Positions 40,323 to 50,326 of a stretch of DNA of 64,000 nt are shown here, piece after piece. The stretch comes from Candidatus Bathyarchaeota archaeon (GTDB lineage: Archaea; Thermoproteota; Bathyarchaeia; Bathyarchaeales; Bathycorpusculaceae). Location: positions 64,001-128,000 of the forward strand of contig CAVZPM010000038.1 of NCBI GenBank assembly GCA_963777155.1. Direction: 5' to 3'. A model generated the notes under the pieces. The model was given only the letters and a program-made list of their open reading frames with translations. It had not been told where the DNA came from and did not search any database. How positions within the stretch are numbered: the first letter of the stretch is position 1; each line of letters begins with the position of its first letter. Both the position numbers and the translations under genes were made by a program.

Positions 40323-40781
40323 TTACCATGGCTCGATTTTTTCGTCCACGGTGTACAAGAAAAGACTTGCTGAAGGTGGACCTAACCATTTGAATTTGTT
40401 AACTAAATCCTTAACAACGTTCACATAGTTATCGGATTTATCAAGGCTGTCTAAGTATTTTTGAAATGAACCATATTGTTTCGTTATGGCTACAAAGTTT
40501 TGTGCGTTCTGTATGATTGCTTTAATCTTACCTTTGTTTCGAATTATACCCGGGTCTCTCATTAGTGTTTGAACATTGGTATCTGTGAAATTGGCGACTT
40601 CAGAGATATTGAAATCTACAAAAGCTTTCTTTGTTGTTAACCATTTGTTGTCGATTACATGCCAGTTTAAACCTGCTTGAAAAATAACTCGGCACATATT
40701 CTCGAAGTAAACACTGTCATTGGATGGCCTTTTGTCTCGGCACCACCAGTCAGGCATATGCCAGCTTTCATGTTCTTGCAT
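40323..40781 (-). CDS. tag: DNA-3-methyladenine glycosylase I-like protein
   Basis: FE...FQAGLNW, IIRNxxKI, FKWLGP. Confidence 0.85.
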   Translation of the reverse strand: MQEHESWHMPDWWCRDKRPSNDSVYFENMCRVIFQAGLNWHVIDNKWLTTKKAFVDFNISEVANFTDTNVQTLMRDPGIIRNKGKIKAIIQNAQNFVAITKQYGSFQKYLDSLDKSDNYVNVVKDLVNKFKWLGPPSASLFLYTVDEKIEPW

Positions 40782-40798
40782 AAAATTCAGACCTAAGT

Positions 40799-41224
40799 CT
40801 ACTTCCATTCCCAGATCGTAACGTTCATTTCCATCCACATTGGGTCAGCGGCTTCAAAAGTAACCAGAGCAATAGTGTCGTTAAGCCAGCCTAGTTTCTC
40901 AGACATTGTCATGAAATTCCATAAACCAACGCTTGAGGGTTTTGCTCCAGGAACCATCTTCATTAGGTCGTAGCCTTTTATTGTGCCCATATCACCGGTC
41001 ATGGTCATAAGCATTCCTTGATCTGTTGATGCTGCTAAGCCTTTTGGAGGAGTCATGCTTACACCTGTGACGTTTAGGTTGCAGTCAACGCCCTTAGCTT
41101 TTCCCATGCCTTTCATTTGAGCAGTCCACGTGTACATAGAAGTTACGCCTTCCATATTGATTGATTTTATGAAGCTTGCGCCACTCTTGCCTTTGCCTTC
41201 CCAAAGTTTTTCGCCAATAGCCAT
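40799..41224 (-). CDS. hypothetical beta-rich protein
   Basis: 141 aa, GAGGTG SD, Met/Gly/Thr-rich, C-terminal WEWK. Confidence 0.75.
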   Translation of the reverse strand: MAIGEKLWEGKGKSGASFIKSINMEGVTSMYTWTAQMKGMGKAKGVDCNLNVTGVSMTPPKGLAASTDQGMLMTMTGDMGTIKGYDLMKMVPGAKPSSVGLWNFMTMSEKLGWLNDTIALVTFEAADPMWMEMNVTIWEWK

Positions 41225-41395
41225 TTTATTTTCACCTCTACAGAGAAGAGGGCTTTTCTTGAGGATTTAAGTCGTTGTTGTTGCAATTGTACAACAACAA
41301 TCTTTGCCTAGAACAGGTTCACTTTCACTCATCCCTCCGCTCCCGGGAAGGGTCGTTGAGAGATTCGTTATAAAAGAGATTTTGCTGAAAAGAAG

Positions 41396-41746
41396 TTGAT
41401 GATTAGCATGTTCAAAGGGAACTGTGGGAAACTGATGGTTTATGCCTCAACCGGGGTTCCAAGTAGGAAGCGGTTGGATTCTGTCAGGACTGCAGCAAAA
41501 GATACTGCTAAACGTTTGAATTTAGATTTTGAGATAGTAAGGTTCGAAAGGGCATCATCGCCCATTTATGTCTACTACGAAGAAAATGATGATGAAGAGC
41601 CTATTCCACTGTATTGTGATGAAGGCAAAATATCTGGTTTAGAAGAAATTAGCAGTAAACTGCGAAGCATGATGTTTGTGCTATCTTTTCACCCGAAACA
41701 TTCCGCGCTAAAAGAAATAAGGAAAGAGCTTCTCAAACTTTCCTGA
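41396..41746 (+). CDS. hypothetical protein
   Basis: 116-aa ORF filling the gap with plausible composition. Confidence 0.65.
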   Translation: MMISMFKGNCGKLMVYASTGVPSRKRLDSVRTAAKDTAKRLNLDFEIVRFERASSPIYVYYEENDDEEPIPLYCDEGKISGLEEISSKLRSMMFVLSFHPKHSALKEIRKELLKLS

Positions 41747-42074
41747 AACGAATTGCCTGGTTTTCAAGAGTAACCTCGTAAACCTGGTTCACGTCGAAGG
41801 TTACACCGAAGCTGTCGTATTCTTGTTCGGTTAGAAACAGGATTATTTTGGGTGTCGCCATCTGAGTGCGTTGTGGTAGAAAAGGCATCTGTGTTTGAAG
41901 CGCCTGCATTATGTCCTGTGCCATCTTGGCTTCGTCAGATTGAGGTCTTACAATGTAAGGATTAACTTCTCTTTCTTCTAGAAGTTCGATTCTTTTTCCA
42001 AGGTTACCGTCTAAGTCTCTGGTGGATTCGATTTTGTTAACTCTAACTCGGAACAAGTATTTCACACTCTCCAT
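41733..42074 (-). CDS. arcadin-1 homolog
   Basis: Pattern D..G..KRIELLEE...MPF...PKIILFLTEQEY..FG..FDV..VYEV.LEN.AI resembles Pyrobaculum arcadin-1 (from memory); similar length (113 aa). Confidence 0.72.
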   Translation of the reverse strand: MESVKYLFRVRVNKIESTRDLDGNLGKRIELLEEREVNPYIVRPQSDEAKMAQDIMQALQTQMPFLPQRTQMATPKIILFLTEQEYDSFGVTFDVNQVYEVTLENQAIRFRKV

Positions 42075-42122
42075 AAGGATAGACAGTCACAGATTTAATT
42101 GTTTACACGGTTGTCCTGAGCC

Positions 42123-42716
42123 CTAAGTCGGCGTTTGAGAAGAAGTGGGTTTTGCTTGTTTTTTGACTTCCGCTATTCGTTTATCGATTAGTCTTAGTTG
42201 TTCCTGACTTTTCTTAATCATTTCGCGAAGGTGTTTCTGCTCAAACTTTAAGTGGTTAAAGTTTTCTTCACTGTTTGATTTATCTTCAAGAAAGGCCGTG
42301 AAGGGTGAGGGCACACTTGGCATTGGTATAGTTGCTGTTTCAATGTTGAGGACATCTCGAGCGAATTCATGGAAAAGACTACTGATGTTGTTGAAGATTT
42401 GGGCTTGTTTTACAATGGCGTGTTTGAGGATTGCTTCGCCAGACTGGGTGATTTTGTATATCTTTAATCTTCTATTTTTCTGGGTCTCCCAATGACCTTT
42501 GATGTATCCTGATTTTTCTAGGTCGCGTAGGATGGGGTAGACACCACCGGCTGTGGGTTGCCAGAAGCCTTTGGTTCGGCTGTTGATTTCTTTCATAATT
42601 TCGTAGCCGTGGGAAGGGTTTTTGTTGAGCAGGATAAGGACGCCCATGCGTATGTAGCCTTTCTGGGCTTCTTTCATCCAGTTTGTTGTTGTCTTGTCTT
42701 CAGTTTCTGATGCCAT
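42123..42716 (-). CDS. PadR family regulator
   Basis: HGYEIM, GGVYPILRDLEKSG, YKITQSG. Confidence 0.92.
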   Translation of the reverse strand: MASETEDKTTTNWMKEAQKGYIRMGVLILLNKNPSHGYEIMKEINSRTKGFWQPTAGGVYPILRDLEKSGYIKGHWETQKNRRLKIYKITQSGEAILKHAIVKQAQIFNNISSLFHEFARDVLNIETATIPMPSVPSPFTAFLEDKSNSEENFNHLKFEQKHLREMIKKSQEQLRLIDKRIAEVKKQAKPTSSQTPT

Positions 42717-42775
42717 CGTGTTTCAAAACTATATTGTATGTGGGTAATACTTATATTTTACCGCTATATATTGCA

Positions 42776-42790
42776 CTGAATAATATTCAG
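42776..42790. promoter_or_regulatory. candidate PadR operator
   Basis: Perfect inverted repeat CTGAATA-A-TATTCAG between the divergent padR and ABC genes. Confidence 0.45.
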
Positions 42791-42807
42791 ATTAATGAGG
42801 AAGCAAA

Positions 42808-43827
42808 ATGGCAAATGAATCCATAATCGAGGTAGATCATCTAACAAAGATGTTCAACAAGTTCACAGCCGTAGATGATATATCATTCGATGTTAAAAAA
42901 GGCGAAATCTTCGGGTTACTGGGTCCAAACGGAGCAGGTAAAAGCACCACACTACGTATGCTCTCCACCCTATCAAGACCTACAAAGGGGAAAGCAACTA
43001 TTGGTGGATACGATACTGTAAAGAATGACATGGAAGTACGCAAACTCATCGGCATCGTCTCTGAAAAAATGATTATCTACAACCGCCTAACTGCTAAAGA
43101 AAACCTCTGGTTCTTCGGAAGCCTCTTCAACATCCCCAAAGACACACTAAACAAAAGAATCGATGAGTTACTCGAACTGGTACAACTTACCAAATGGAAG
43201 AATGCCCAAGTCGGCACGTTTTCAACTGGCATGCGGCAGAGAATGAACGTAGTACGCGCCCTACTCAACATGCCTCAGGTTCTATTCCTCGACGAACCCA
43301 CGCTTGGTTTAGATCCCCAGTCATCAGTGGAAATTAGGGATTTCATAAAAAAGCTCAATCAGGAACAAGGAACCACAGTAATCATAACTACCCACATGAT
43401 GGTTGACGCTGACCTGTTATGTGACCGGATAGCAATCGTTGACCACGGAAAAATCATTGCACTCGACACTTCAACTAACCTTAAAAAAATAATTTCAGGA
43501 GGAGACACCATGATTATAAAACTTGAAATCGCAAACCTAACACCTGACATGTTAAATGCTGTTAAAACACTCAAATGCGCCGACGCAGTAACCCAAGAAA
43601 ACTCGACCAGACTGCACCTTATCGTTCACGGTGAAGAAGCCTTCGACAATATAATCGATGCAGTTAGACAGAAAAACGGAAAAATCACTTCCATGGAAAA
43701 CCTGCAGCCTTCACTGGAAGACGTATTCTTACACATTACAGGCCATGAAGTCAGGGATAGCGCGGACCAGAAAATCAAGCAGGAACATGGTCCAAGGTTT
43801 GGCGCAGCGCCAAAGAGAGTAAGGTGA
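42808..43827 (+). CDS. ABC exporter ATPase (DrrA-like)
   Basis: GPNGAGKS, FSTGMRQR, LFLDEPT, TTH, LEDVFL. Confidence 0.93.
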   Translation: MANESIIEVDHLTKMFNKFTAVDDISFDVKKGEIFGLLGPNGAGKSTTLRMLSTLSRPTKGKATIGGYDTVKNDMEVRKLIGIVSEKMIIYNRLTAKENLWFFGSLFNIPKDTLNKRIDELLELVQLTKWKNAQVGTFSTGMRQRMNVVRALLNMPQVLFLDEPTLGLDPQSSVEIRDFIKKLNQEQGTTVIITTHMMVDADLLCDRIAIVDHGKIIALDTSTNLKKIISGGDTMIIKLEIANLTPDMLNAVKTLKCADAVTQENSTRLHLIVHGEEAFDNIIDAVRQKNGKITSMENLQPSLEDVFLHITGHEVRDSADQKIKQEHGPRFGAAPKRVR

Positions 43828-43832
43828 TAGAT

Positions 43833-45014
43833 ATGACTGCACTGACTGTAATGCAACATAGCTTCCGAATCGCTAAAAAAGACTTAACTGAACTGTTCCG
43901 AAACAGGCTCGGATTAGTGCTTCTAATCGTTATGCCTTTGTTCATGATGGTTATGGTTGGTTTTATTTATCCATCTAACGGTACAATTACCGACCTAAAA
44001 ATTGGAATTGTAAACGAGGATTCAGGCTTTAACAATGTTTTTGCGAGCCAAAGCTTCCTCTTGGGCTTACAAGGCATTAACAATCAAACCCACATGCTTA
44101 TCATAACCAATGTATCAAGCACGGCAAACCTCAGGGATACAGTGCAAAGAGGACAACTTCAAGGCGGCATAGTGATCCCAGAAAACTTCAGTCAAAGCCT
44201 CCTATCTGGGCAGCAAGGCACAATAATCATAGTTAGCGACGAATCTAATCCGCAGATATCAGCCACAATTCAAGCCGCATTATCTGGAGTCTTTAGCGCG
44301 ATGGGGCAGCAGCTAGCCATACAAAATGTTCTTCCGTTGAATGCAACGAACCCGCTTGCAGTCATACAACCCTACAGCGTCAAAACTCAAGGCGTAGTTT
44401 CGGGTCACCCAAGCTATTTTGACTTCATCGCCCCAGGCATAATGGCTATGACTGTTATGATGAGCGTCATGACGGGTTTGCCAGTCGCAATCTCACAGGA
44501 GAAAGAAATTGGAACGATGGACGGCATGATGGTTGCACCAGTTAATCGTCTATCGATTCTGCTTGGCAAAACTATGGCTCAAACTGGAAGAGGCTTGATC
44601 CAAGGACTCATAATCTTGGGGTTGGCAATCGGCATATTTGGGGTCGCCATTCAGGGCAGTATCCTGCTAGTGTTTGCACTTTTGCTACTCGGAGTTTTTA
44701 GCTTCGTGGGCTTAGGCATAGTAATTACATCCTTCACCAAAGACCAAGAAACTGCTCAAATGCTTATGATGACATTGATGTTCCCGATGATGTTCCTTAG
44801 CGGAGTGTTCTTCCCCATACAACAAATGCCATGGTACATGCAGGACATAAGCAAAGTGCTTCCGTTAACATACGCAAGCGATGCTCTAAGAAAAGTCATG
44901 GTGCTAGGCGCAGGCATACCGCAGATAGCTAACGAACTCATAATCTTGATCGTATTCGGAATAGTCATGATTGCAATCGCACTGCCTGTCTTCCGCAGAA
45001 TGATGACACGATAG
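43833..45014 (+). CDS. ABC-2 exporter permease
   Basis: TM pattern, EKExGT, FLSGVFFP, PLTYA. Confidence 0.92.
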   Translation: MTALTVMQHSFRIAKKDLTELFRNRLGLVLLIVMPLFMMVMVGFIYPSNGTITDLKIGIVNEDSGFNNVFASQSFLLGLQGINNQTHMLIITNVSSTANLRDTVQRGQLQGGIVIPENFSQSLLSGQQGTIIIVSDESNPQISATIQAALSGVFSAMGQQLAIQNVLPLNATNPLAVIQPYSVKTQGVVSGHPSYFDFIAPGIMAMTVMMSVMTGLPVAISQEKEIGTMDGMMVAPVNRLSILLGKTMAQTGRGLIQGLIILGLAIGIFGVAIQGSILLVFALLLLGVFSFVGLGIVITSFTKDQETAQMLMMTLMFPMMFLSGVFFPIQQMPWYMQDISKVLPLTYASDALRKVMVLGAGIPQIANELIILIVFGIVMIAIALPVFRRMMTR

Positions 45015-45024
45015 GAGAACCAGC

Positions 45025-45180
45025 ATGAGCACACTCTGTTCCAAATGCCCCTTCTTTCAACTTGCCCCACTTTTGAGGCGCAAAAACGCACGTAAACGAT
45101 GCCGCATCGAACCCCAAAGACAACTACGCATCTATGAATGCAAAGACTTCCCTGAAAAAAAGGGACTCTTCAAAAAATAA
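45025..45180 (+). CDS. 51-aa basic 4-Cys microprotein (not in ORF track)
   Basis: MSTLCSKCPFFQLAPLLRRKNARKRCRIEPQRQLRIYECKDFPEKKGLFKK; AGGAG SD overlapping the permease stop. Confidence 0.55.
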   Translation: MSTLCSKCPFFQLAPLLRRKNARKRCRIEPQRQLRIYECKDFPEKKGLFKK

Positions 45181-45334
45181 CTATATTCTTTTTCCAATAT
45201 TACTTATGCGTGCCCTCACTTTATCTAGAGGATCTTAACTTTATCGACTTCAAAATACTTTGTTTTTATACTCAATTGGTATTTATAGCTTGCAAAACAT
45301 ACACATGGCTATATTTTCCTAATGGAGAAAGGTA

Positions 45335-47269
45335 ATGATTAAGCTGCCAAGCCAAGTCGCAGAATATTTCCCCTATGATAGCGTGCGACCCCACCAAGAC
45401 GAATTCATCAGCACCGTCTACAATGCCGTAAGCAGCCGACGATCGGTTCTAATCGAAGGTAGCAACGGCTTGGGGAAAACAATATCTGCCCTCTCTGCTG
45501 TTTTGCCCATTGCCATTGAGAAAAAACTCAAAATACTCTACGTTGCTCGAACACACCGCCAACATGACCGTGTTATCGAAGAACTGCGAGCGGTTTTCCG
45601 AAAACACCAAATCTCAGGGCTCTCTATCCGCGGACGCAACGAAATGTGTCTCAACGTCTTTGCCGCAAGGGGTGCTTTCGACTCGAAATCGCTCATGGAA
45701 GTCTGCGAACTCCTAAAAGCCAAGAATAGATGCCCATATTTCACTAACGTTGACGAACGTACCTATGATTACCTACAGCTTCAGCAGCAAGTTGCCAGCC
45801 GCCCCTATATGGGCTCAGAAATCCAGCGGATATGCAAAAAAAAGGAAATCTGCCCCTACGAACTCGTAAAAAACGCTCTGTCAGACTGCAAAGTTATAGC
45901 CTTAAGCTATCTCTATGTGTTCGACCCAGTAATCCGCACACCTTTCCTTAAGAATCTTGAAACAGAACTTCAAAAAATCATATTAATCGTAGACGAAGCA
46001 CACAATCTGCCTGAAACCGCCATAGACATCTCAGGCAGTAACCTCACATTATTTGTGATGAAAGCAGCAGAAAATGAAGCCAGCAAATTCGGCAACAAAG
46101 ACATCGAGGAGTTCGCCCACTTCTTCAGAGTTGAAGTTGAAAAAATAACCGAAAAAATAAGCCGTGAACAAATAATTTCAGCAGATAGCGTCATCGAAAT
46201 TATCCAGAAGCAAGGAAACATCACACGACCAAGAGAATTCTTTGAGCATATGCATGAAATCGGCGGTTCAATTAAGAAGAACCTCTTAGCTGAGGGTAAA
46301 AACCCACGTTCCTACGTTCACTCTATGGCTGAATTTCTACTTAAATGGTATGATACGATGCATGATGACTCTTTTATCAACGTCGCAAGCCGATATTTCA
46401 ACAAAGAAAACAGCAAAACTGCCAAACTCGAAATAGTTGCGCTTGACCCATCCAAAGTCACCCAGCCCGTTTTTTCCTCAACATACGCCAACGTGATCAT
46501 GTCTGGGACACTTCAGCCATTGGAGGCTTTTGCACGAATAACACGATTACCCGAGAGCACCGTAAAGTTTCTCGTACCCTCACCTTTTCCAAAAGAACAC
46601 GTCTTCTCGGCCGTCAGCTGCGGCGTCACAACATCCATGGAGAAAAGAACCCCCGCAATGTACCAGACGATGATAGAACGGATAAACGAAGTCGTAAACA
46701 GCACCCCAACCAACACAGGAATCTTTACCGCATCGTTTGAAGTCCTAAACTCGCTACTTGTCGAAGGCTTAGAAAATACTCTTTTAAAACCGCTGTTTCA
46801 TGAAAAGCGCGGTATGACTTCCAAAGCAAACGAGAAAATAGTCGGAGACTTTAAGGCGTGCGGGGACAAGGGAGGCGCCGTATTTTTGGGTGTTCAAGGC
46901 GGCAGAACTTCGGAGGGCGTGGATTTTCCGGGTAATCAAATGAACTCAGTTGTAGTCGTGGGGGTACCATATGCTGAGCCAACTCCTAGAGTTAAGGCCC
47001 AGATTGAATACTATGACAAGTGTTTTCCTGGGCTTGGACGCGAATACGGCTACGTTTTGCCTGCTATGAAAAAAGCTTCGCAGGCTGCAGGAAGACCAAT
47101 CAGAACATTGGAGGACAGAGGCGCCATCGTCTTCTTGGATTATCGCTTCTCAACAGCCTACTGCAAGAATTTCTTGCCATCATGGATAACCAGTGGCATG
47201 AAAGTATTGCCAGACAAAAAAGGCGTTCTAGGCGTTGAAGTTAGCAGTTTCTTTAGAGTTCAAGCCTGA
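45335..47269 (+). CDS. xpd: XPD/Rad3 family FeS helicase
   Basis: GLGKT, four FeS Cys, DEAH, SGT, EGVDF, QAAGRxIR. Confidence 0.92.
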   Translation: MIKLPSQVAEYFPYDSVRPHQDEFISTVYNAVSSRRSVLIEGSNGLGKTISALSAVLPIAIEKKLKILYVARTHRQHDRVIEELRAVFRKHQISGLSIRGRNEMCLNVFAARGAFDSKSLMEVCELLKAKNRCPYFTNVDERTYDYLQLQQQVASRPYMGSEIQRICKKKEICPYELVKNALSDCKVIALSYLYVFDPVIRTPFLKNLETELQKIILIVDEAHNLPETAIDISGSNLTLFVMKAAENEASKFGNKDIEEFAHFFRVEVEKITEKISREQIISADSVIEIIQKQGNITRPREFFEHMHEIGGSIKKNLLAEGKNPRSYVHSMAEFLLKWYDTMHDDSFINVASRYFNKENSKTAKLEIVALDPSKVTQPVFSSTYANVIMSGTLQPLEAFARITRLPESTVKFLVPSPFPKEHVFSAVSCGVTTSMEKRTPAMYQTMIERINEVVNSTPTNTGIFTASFEVLNSLLVEGLENTLLKPLFHEKRGMTSKANEKIVGDFKACGDKGGAVFLGVQGGRTSEGVDFPGNQMNSVVVVGVPYAEPTPRVKAQIEYYDKCFPGLGREYGYVLPAMKKASQAAGRPIRTLEDRGAIVFLDYRFSTAYCKNFLPSWITSGMKVLPDKKGVLGVEVSSFFRVQA

Positions 47270-48345
47270 ACTTCTTGAAGTTTCTGGTCGACAACAACTT
47301 TTCCGATAACAATCCTAAACGGTTTCGGTAAAACCGAGGTTTGAATTTTCAATGTTTTCCTTTCTTGATTGACCTCACGAAGTACGCCTATACCTAAGAA
47401 CTTTGTTCCTCGACCATATAAGCTGACGAGGATGCCTTTTTCTGGTTCTTGATTTTTTGGAATGGCACCTCTGGGTTCAATTGTTACTTGGCTTTTTGGA
47501 TAGCATTGTAGCTTTGCTTTTCTAAGGTACCGAGTATAGGTCATTTCGCGAAGAATTTTGCGTTTTTCTGGAGTACGCTGCTTAAGAGCAAAAGATGGCT
47601 CGACCACGACTAATGGCGTTTCCAAGTGTGCAATCAGGGTGGCAAGTTCATCCTGCGTTTGAAGAGCTACGACGACATCTGGCTTTAAAGCCTTAACCAA
47701 GTCAGCCTTGTATTGGACAGCGATCTCGCCGTTTATGAATCCATCAGTATTAATGAGGACAAAATCAACTTGTCCCTGCAAAATCTCAGCTTCCATGGCA
47801 GATAAACCCTCAATAATCTTAGACGTGGCAGTTATCGGTGAGGTAGTGCCAATGAAAAATGCGTTCCTCAGCTTTAAGTCATAAAGCTCAGCGACACGCT
47901 TTGAAACTAGAGCGTAGCCAACTGTGGCTGAAGGGCCAATGTCAGATTGACCTACGTCGCCGTCCAAAACTGCAACTTTACATTTTCCATCTATTAGATT
48001 ATTTAGCAAATAAGTGCATAAGCTACTTTTACCGCAGTCAGATCCCCCTAAAATCATGGCAACTACTGGGCGTTTCTGCAAACTTAAAATTGTTTCAACC
48101 GCTTTAGCCCATGAAAGCGGATTGGTGTTACCCACGGTTTCAGCTATTCCAGAGTTGACACCCAAGGAAACGTCGAATGTCGATTTCTCCATAACAAAGA
48201 AAGGCAGGCGTTTTCCGCCTCTTATTAGAACTCGCTGGGTTTCTTTCATGGGGTAACCGAATACTTCTGATTTTCCCGCGACAAGTCGCACGGACGCTGG
48301 ACCATCAACAAGCATTGTTTTATTGGATTCGACTGTGTGCTGCAA
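47260..48345 (-). CDS. Clp1-family polynucleotide 5'-kinase
   Basis: GxxDxGKS, DxDVGQ, NTDG, RxxLR motifs. Confidence 0.9.
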   Translation of the reverse strand: MQHTVESNKTMLVDGPASVRLVAGKSEVFGYPMKETQRVLIRGGKRLPFFVMEKSTFDVSLGVNSGIAETVGNTNPLSWAKAVETILSLQKRPVVAMILGGSDCGKSSLCTYLLNNLIDGKCKVAVLDGDVGQSDIGPSATVGYALVSKRVAELYDLKLRNAFFIGTTSPITATSKIIEGLSAMEAEILQGQVDFVLINTDGFINGEIAVQYKADLVKALKPDVVVALQTQDELATLIAHLETPLVVVEPSFALKQRTPEKRKILREMTYTRYLRKAKLQCYPKSQVTIEPRGAIPKNQEPEKGILVSLYGRGTKFLGIGVLREVNQERKTLKIQTSVLPKPFRIVIGKVVVDQKLQEVQA

Positions 48346-48976
48346 TTGTCTTTCTCCTTGAAATGATATTTCCGATTCTTCCAGCTATGCATGTAGCTGA
48401 CGAAATATGCCTAACCCCCCTACTACGTTTGTTTTCTTTTAGAGGTTTATTTGTTCCTGCCTCATCCACAACTTCTATAGTGATCTGATGGGGCAATGCA
48501 TTATCCAATTCTCCGAGCATCTCTTTGTAGATGGGAACACCATTCCCAATCTTGACTGAAACTGAGGTTATAGCAAAATCAACGTTGCCCAATATTTTGA
48601 TTATGCTGCAGATTACTTCTTCACTGCTAAAGCAGTTACCTTCCTCAATAACTTTTCCGTCAGCCACAGCAACCAATCCAGTTGCTACCCCCGGATCCAA
48701 GCCGAAAATTATTCTTGCGAAGGCTTCCTTTCCCAAAAGAGTTTTCTTTACTTCATCAATAAGACTGTCAAGTTTATCTTCACCCTGAAAAATGAGGATT
48801 TTTTCATGGCCAACCAAGTGCTTTTCTTCAGGAGTTGTTATAACTAACTTTATTTTTCCAGGCACAGATTGCCCTGGAAGTAAACTGACAAAGGCGATGT
48901 TTTTTTCATTTAATTTGTTAACGATAAGGAAGTATGCTTTGCCTTGTACTGTGGCAACCGCGACTTTTTCTTTCAT
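48320..48976 (-). CDS. RNase H-fold (YqgF/RuvC-like) hypothetical protein
   Basis: IFGLDPGxxTG, IGNG, VDExGT motifs. Confidence 0.7.
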   Translation of the reverse strand: MKEKVAVATVQGKAYFLIVNKLNEKNIAFVSLLPGQSVPGKIKLVITTPEEKHLVGHEKILIFQGEDKLDSLIDEVKKTLLGKEAFARIIFGLDPGVATGLVAVADGKVIEEGNCFSSEEVICSIIKILGNVDFAITSVSVKIGNGVPIYKEMLGELDNALPHQITIEVVDEAGTNKPLKENKRSRGVRHISSATCIAGRIGNIISRRKTIAAHSRIQ

Positions 48977-49053
48977 AAACCAGCCTTAAAGGGTAGATTT
49001 AAGTGCAAAACACATTACTAGCTTCAGGTTAATAATCCTTGACGTGTAAGAAT

Positions 49054-49749
49054 ATGGTTGTAATCCAGACAGGCATCAAATGCATCGACGGAGTCATCGG
49101 CGGAGGCATCTTGCCTGAATCAGTAACTCTGATTTATGGTGAACCTGAAACTGGAAAAACTACGCTTGCCATACAATGCGCTGTTAACTGCGCCTTCAAG
49201 AACCTTAAAGTGCTTTATGTTGACTGTGACAATACCTTTTACACTAAAAGGTTATCACAGATAGCGAAAGACCGTTTTGATGAGGTAGCTGAACGCATTG
49301 TTCTAGTTAAGCCCAAGGATTTCAAGGAACAAACCGCCGTAATAGACCAAATTCAAGACTACACTGCAAACGTTGGATTAATAATAATAGACACGTTTAC
49401 CTCGCTTTATGGTGCTAAAGTCTCTGAATCCTCGAACAGAGCATTTAGTACTAACCGTGAGTTGAACCGACAGTTGGCTATTTTGGCACAAACGGTGAAA
49501 ATCCGGAAAATCCCTGTTTTAATCACAAGCCAAGTCCGTAGCGTCATAAGCGACCAGACGGCAAGTGTTAGACCCGTAGCAACTCGAGTTTTAAAGTTCT
49601 GGGCTGATACAATAATTGCCCTTAAACCCACCCAAAACCGACAAACTATCAAGGCGATGCTGGAGAAGACAAAAGAAACTGCTCATGATGCAACGTGTTA
49701 TATACAAATAGGGGAAAGCGGAATACAAGATACACAACTGCCCCAATGA
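49054..49749 (+). CDS. radB: RadB recombination protein
   Basis: TG..ID...GGG, GEPETGKT, IIDT, TSQV; lacks the RadA N-domain. Confidence 0.85.
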   Translation: MVVIQTGIKCIDGVIGGGILPESVTLIYGEPETGKTTLAIQCAVNCAFKNLKVLYVDCDNTFYTKRLSQIAKDRFDEVAERIVLVKPKDFKEQTAVIDQIQDYTANVGLIIIDTFTSLYGAKVSESSNRAFSTNRELNRQLAILAQTVKIRKIPVLITSQVRSVISDQTASVRPVATRVLKFWADTIIALKPTQNRQTIKAMLEKTKETAHDATCYIQIGESGIQDTQLPQ

Positions 49750-49762
49750 TGGTTGAAAACTA

Positions 49763-50290
49763 ATGGATGTTGCCCTGCTAGTAGTTGAAGCATTGAAATT
49801 TATTTTCCCCGCCTACTGTGCTAACGCGACGCCGGTGCTTGCAGGAGGCGGAACACGAATGGATTTTGGCAGAAACTTTGTAGATGGTAAACGGATTTTT
49901 GGCAATAACAAAACGTTTAGGGGCTTTTTTTTCGGTTGGGGTGTCGGCATAATGGTTGGGTTGGTTGAAGGCTTGGTGTTTGGTTTTCAAAATTTTCCAG
50001 TTATTTTTAGTCTACTTATCCCCTTGGGGGCGCTCTTGGGCGATTTGACGGGTGCTTTCATTAAAAGAAGATTTGGCATTGCACCAGGCGGGCTTTTGCC
50101 AATTGTTGATCAGGTTGACTTTGTGATAGGCGCCGTCGTGTTTTCATTACCTTTATCGCTTCTAGGTTGGCAAACGGCATATACGCCTTTTTGGCAAGTA
50201 ATAGTTGCAGCACTGTTGATTACGCCACCTATCCACCTTTTCACTAACTTTTGTGCTTACAAGCTAAAGTTGAAAAAACATCCATGGTAA
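49763..50290 (+). CDS. carS: CDP-archaeol synthase
   Basis: PAYxAN, DGKRIFGxxKT, GDLxGAFIKRR, DQxDF, KxxPW. Confidence 0.95.
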   Translation: MDVALLVVEALKFIFPAYCANATPVLAGGGTRMDFGRNFVDGKRIFGNNKTFRGFFFGWGVGIMVGLVEGLVFGFQNFPVIFSLLIPLGALLGDLTGAFIKRRFGIAPGGLLPIVDQVDFVIGAVVFSLPLSLLGWQTAYTPFWQVIVAALLITPPIHLFTNFCAYKLKLKKHPW

Positions 50291-50326
50291 AGGAATAATA
50301 AAATAAGAAATGCTTTGCGGAAAAAA

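Noticed and set aside
48320-48976. TnpB/Cas12 or transposase (GxDPG motif)
   Set aside because: Only 218 aa, no zinc finger, no terminal repeats or array, housekeeping context
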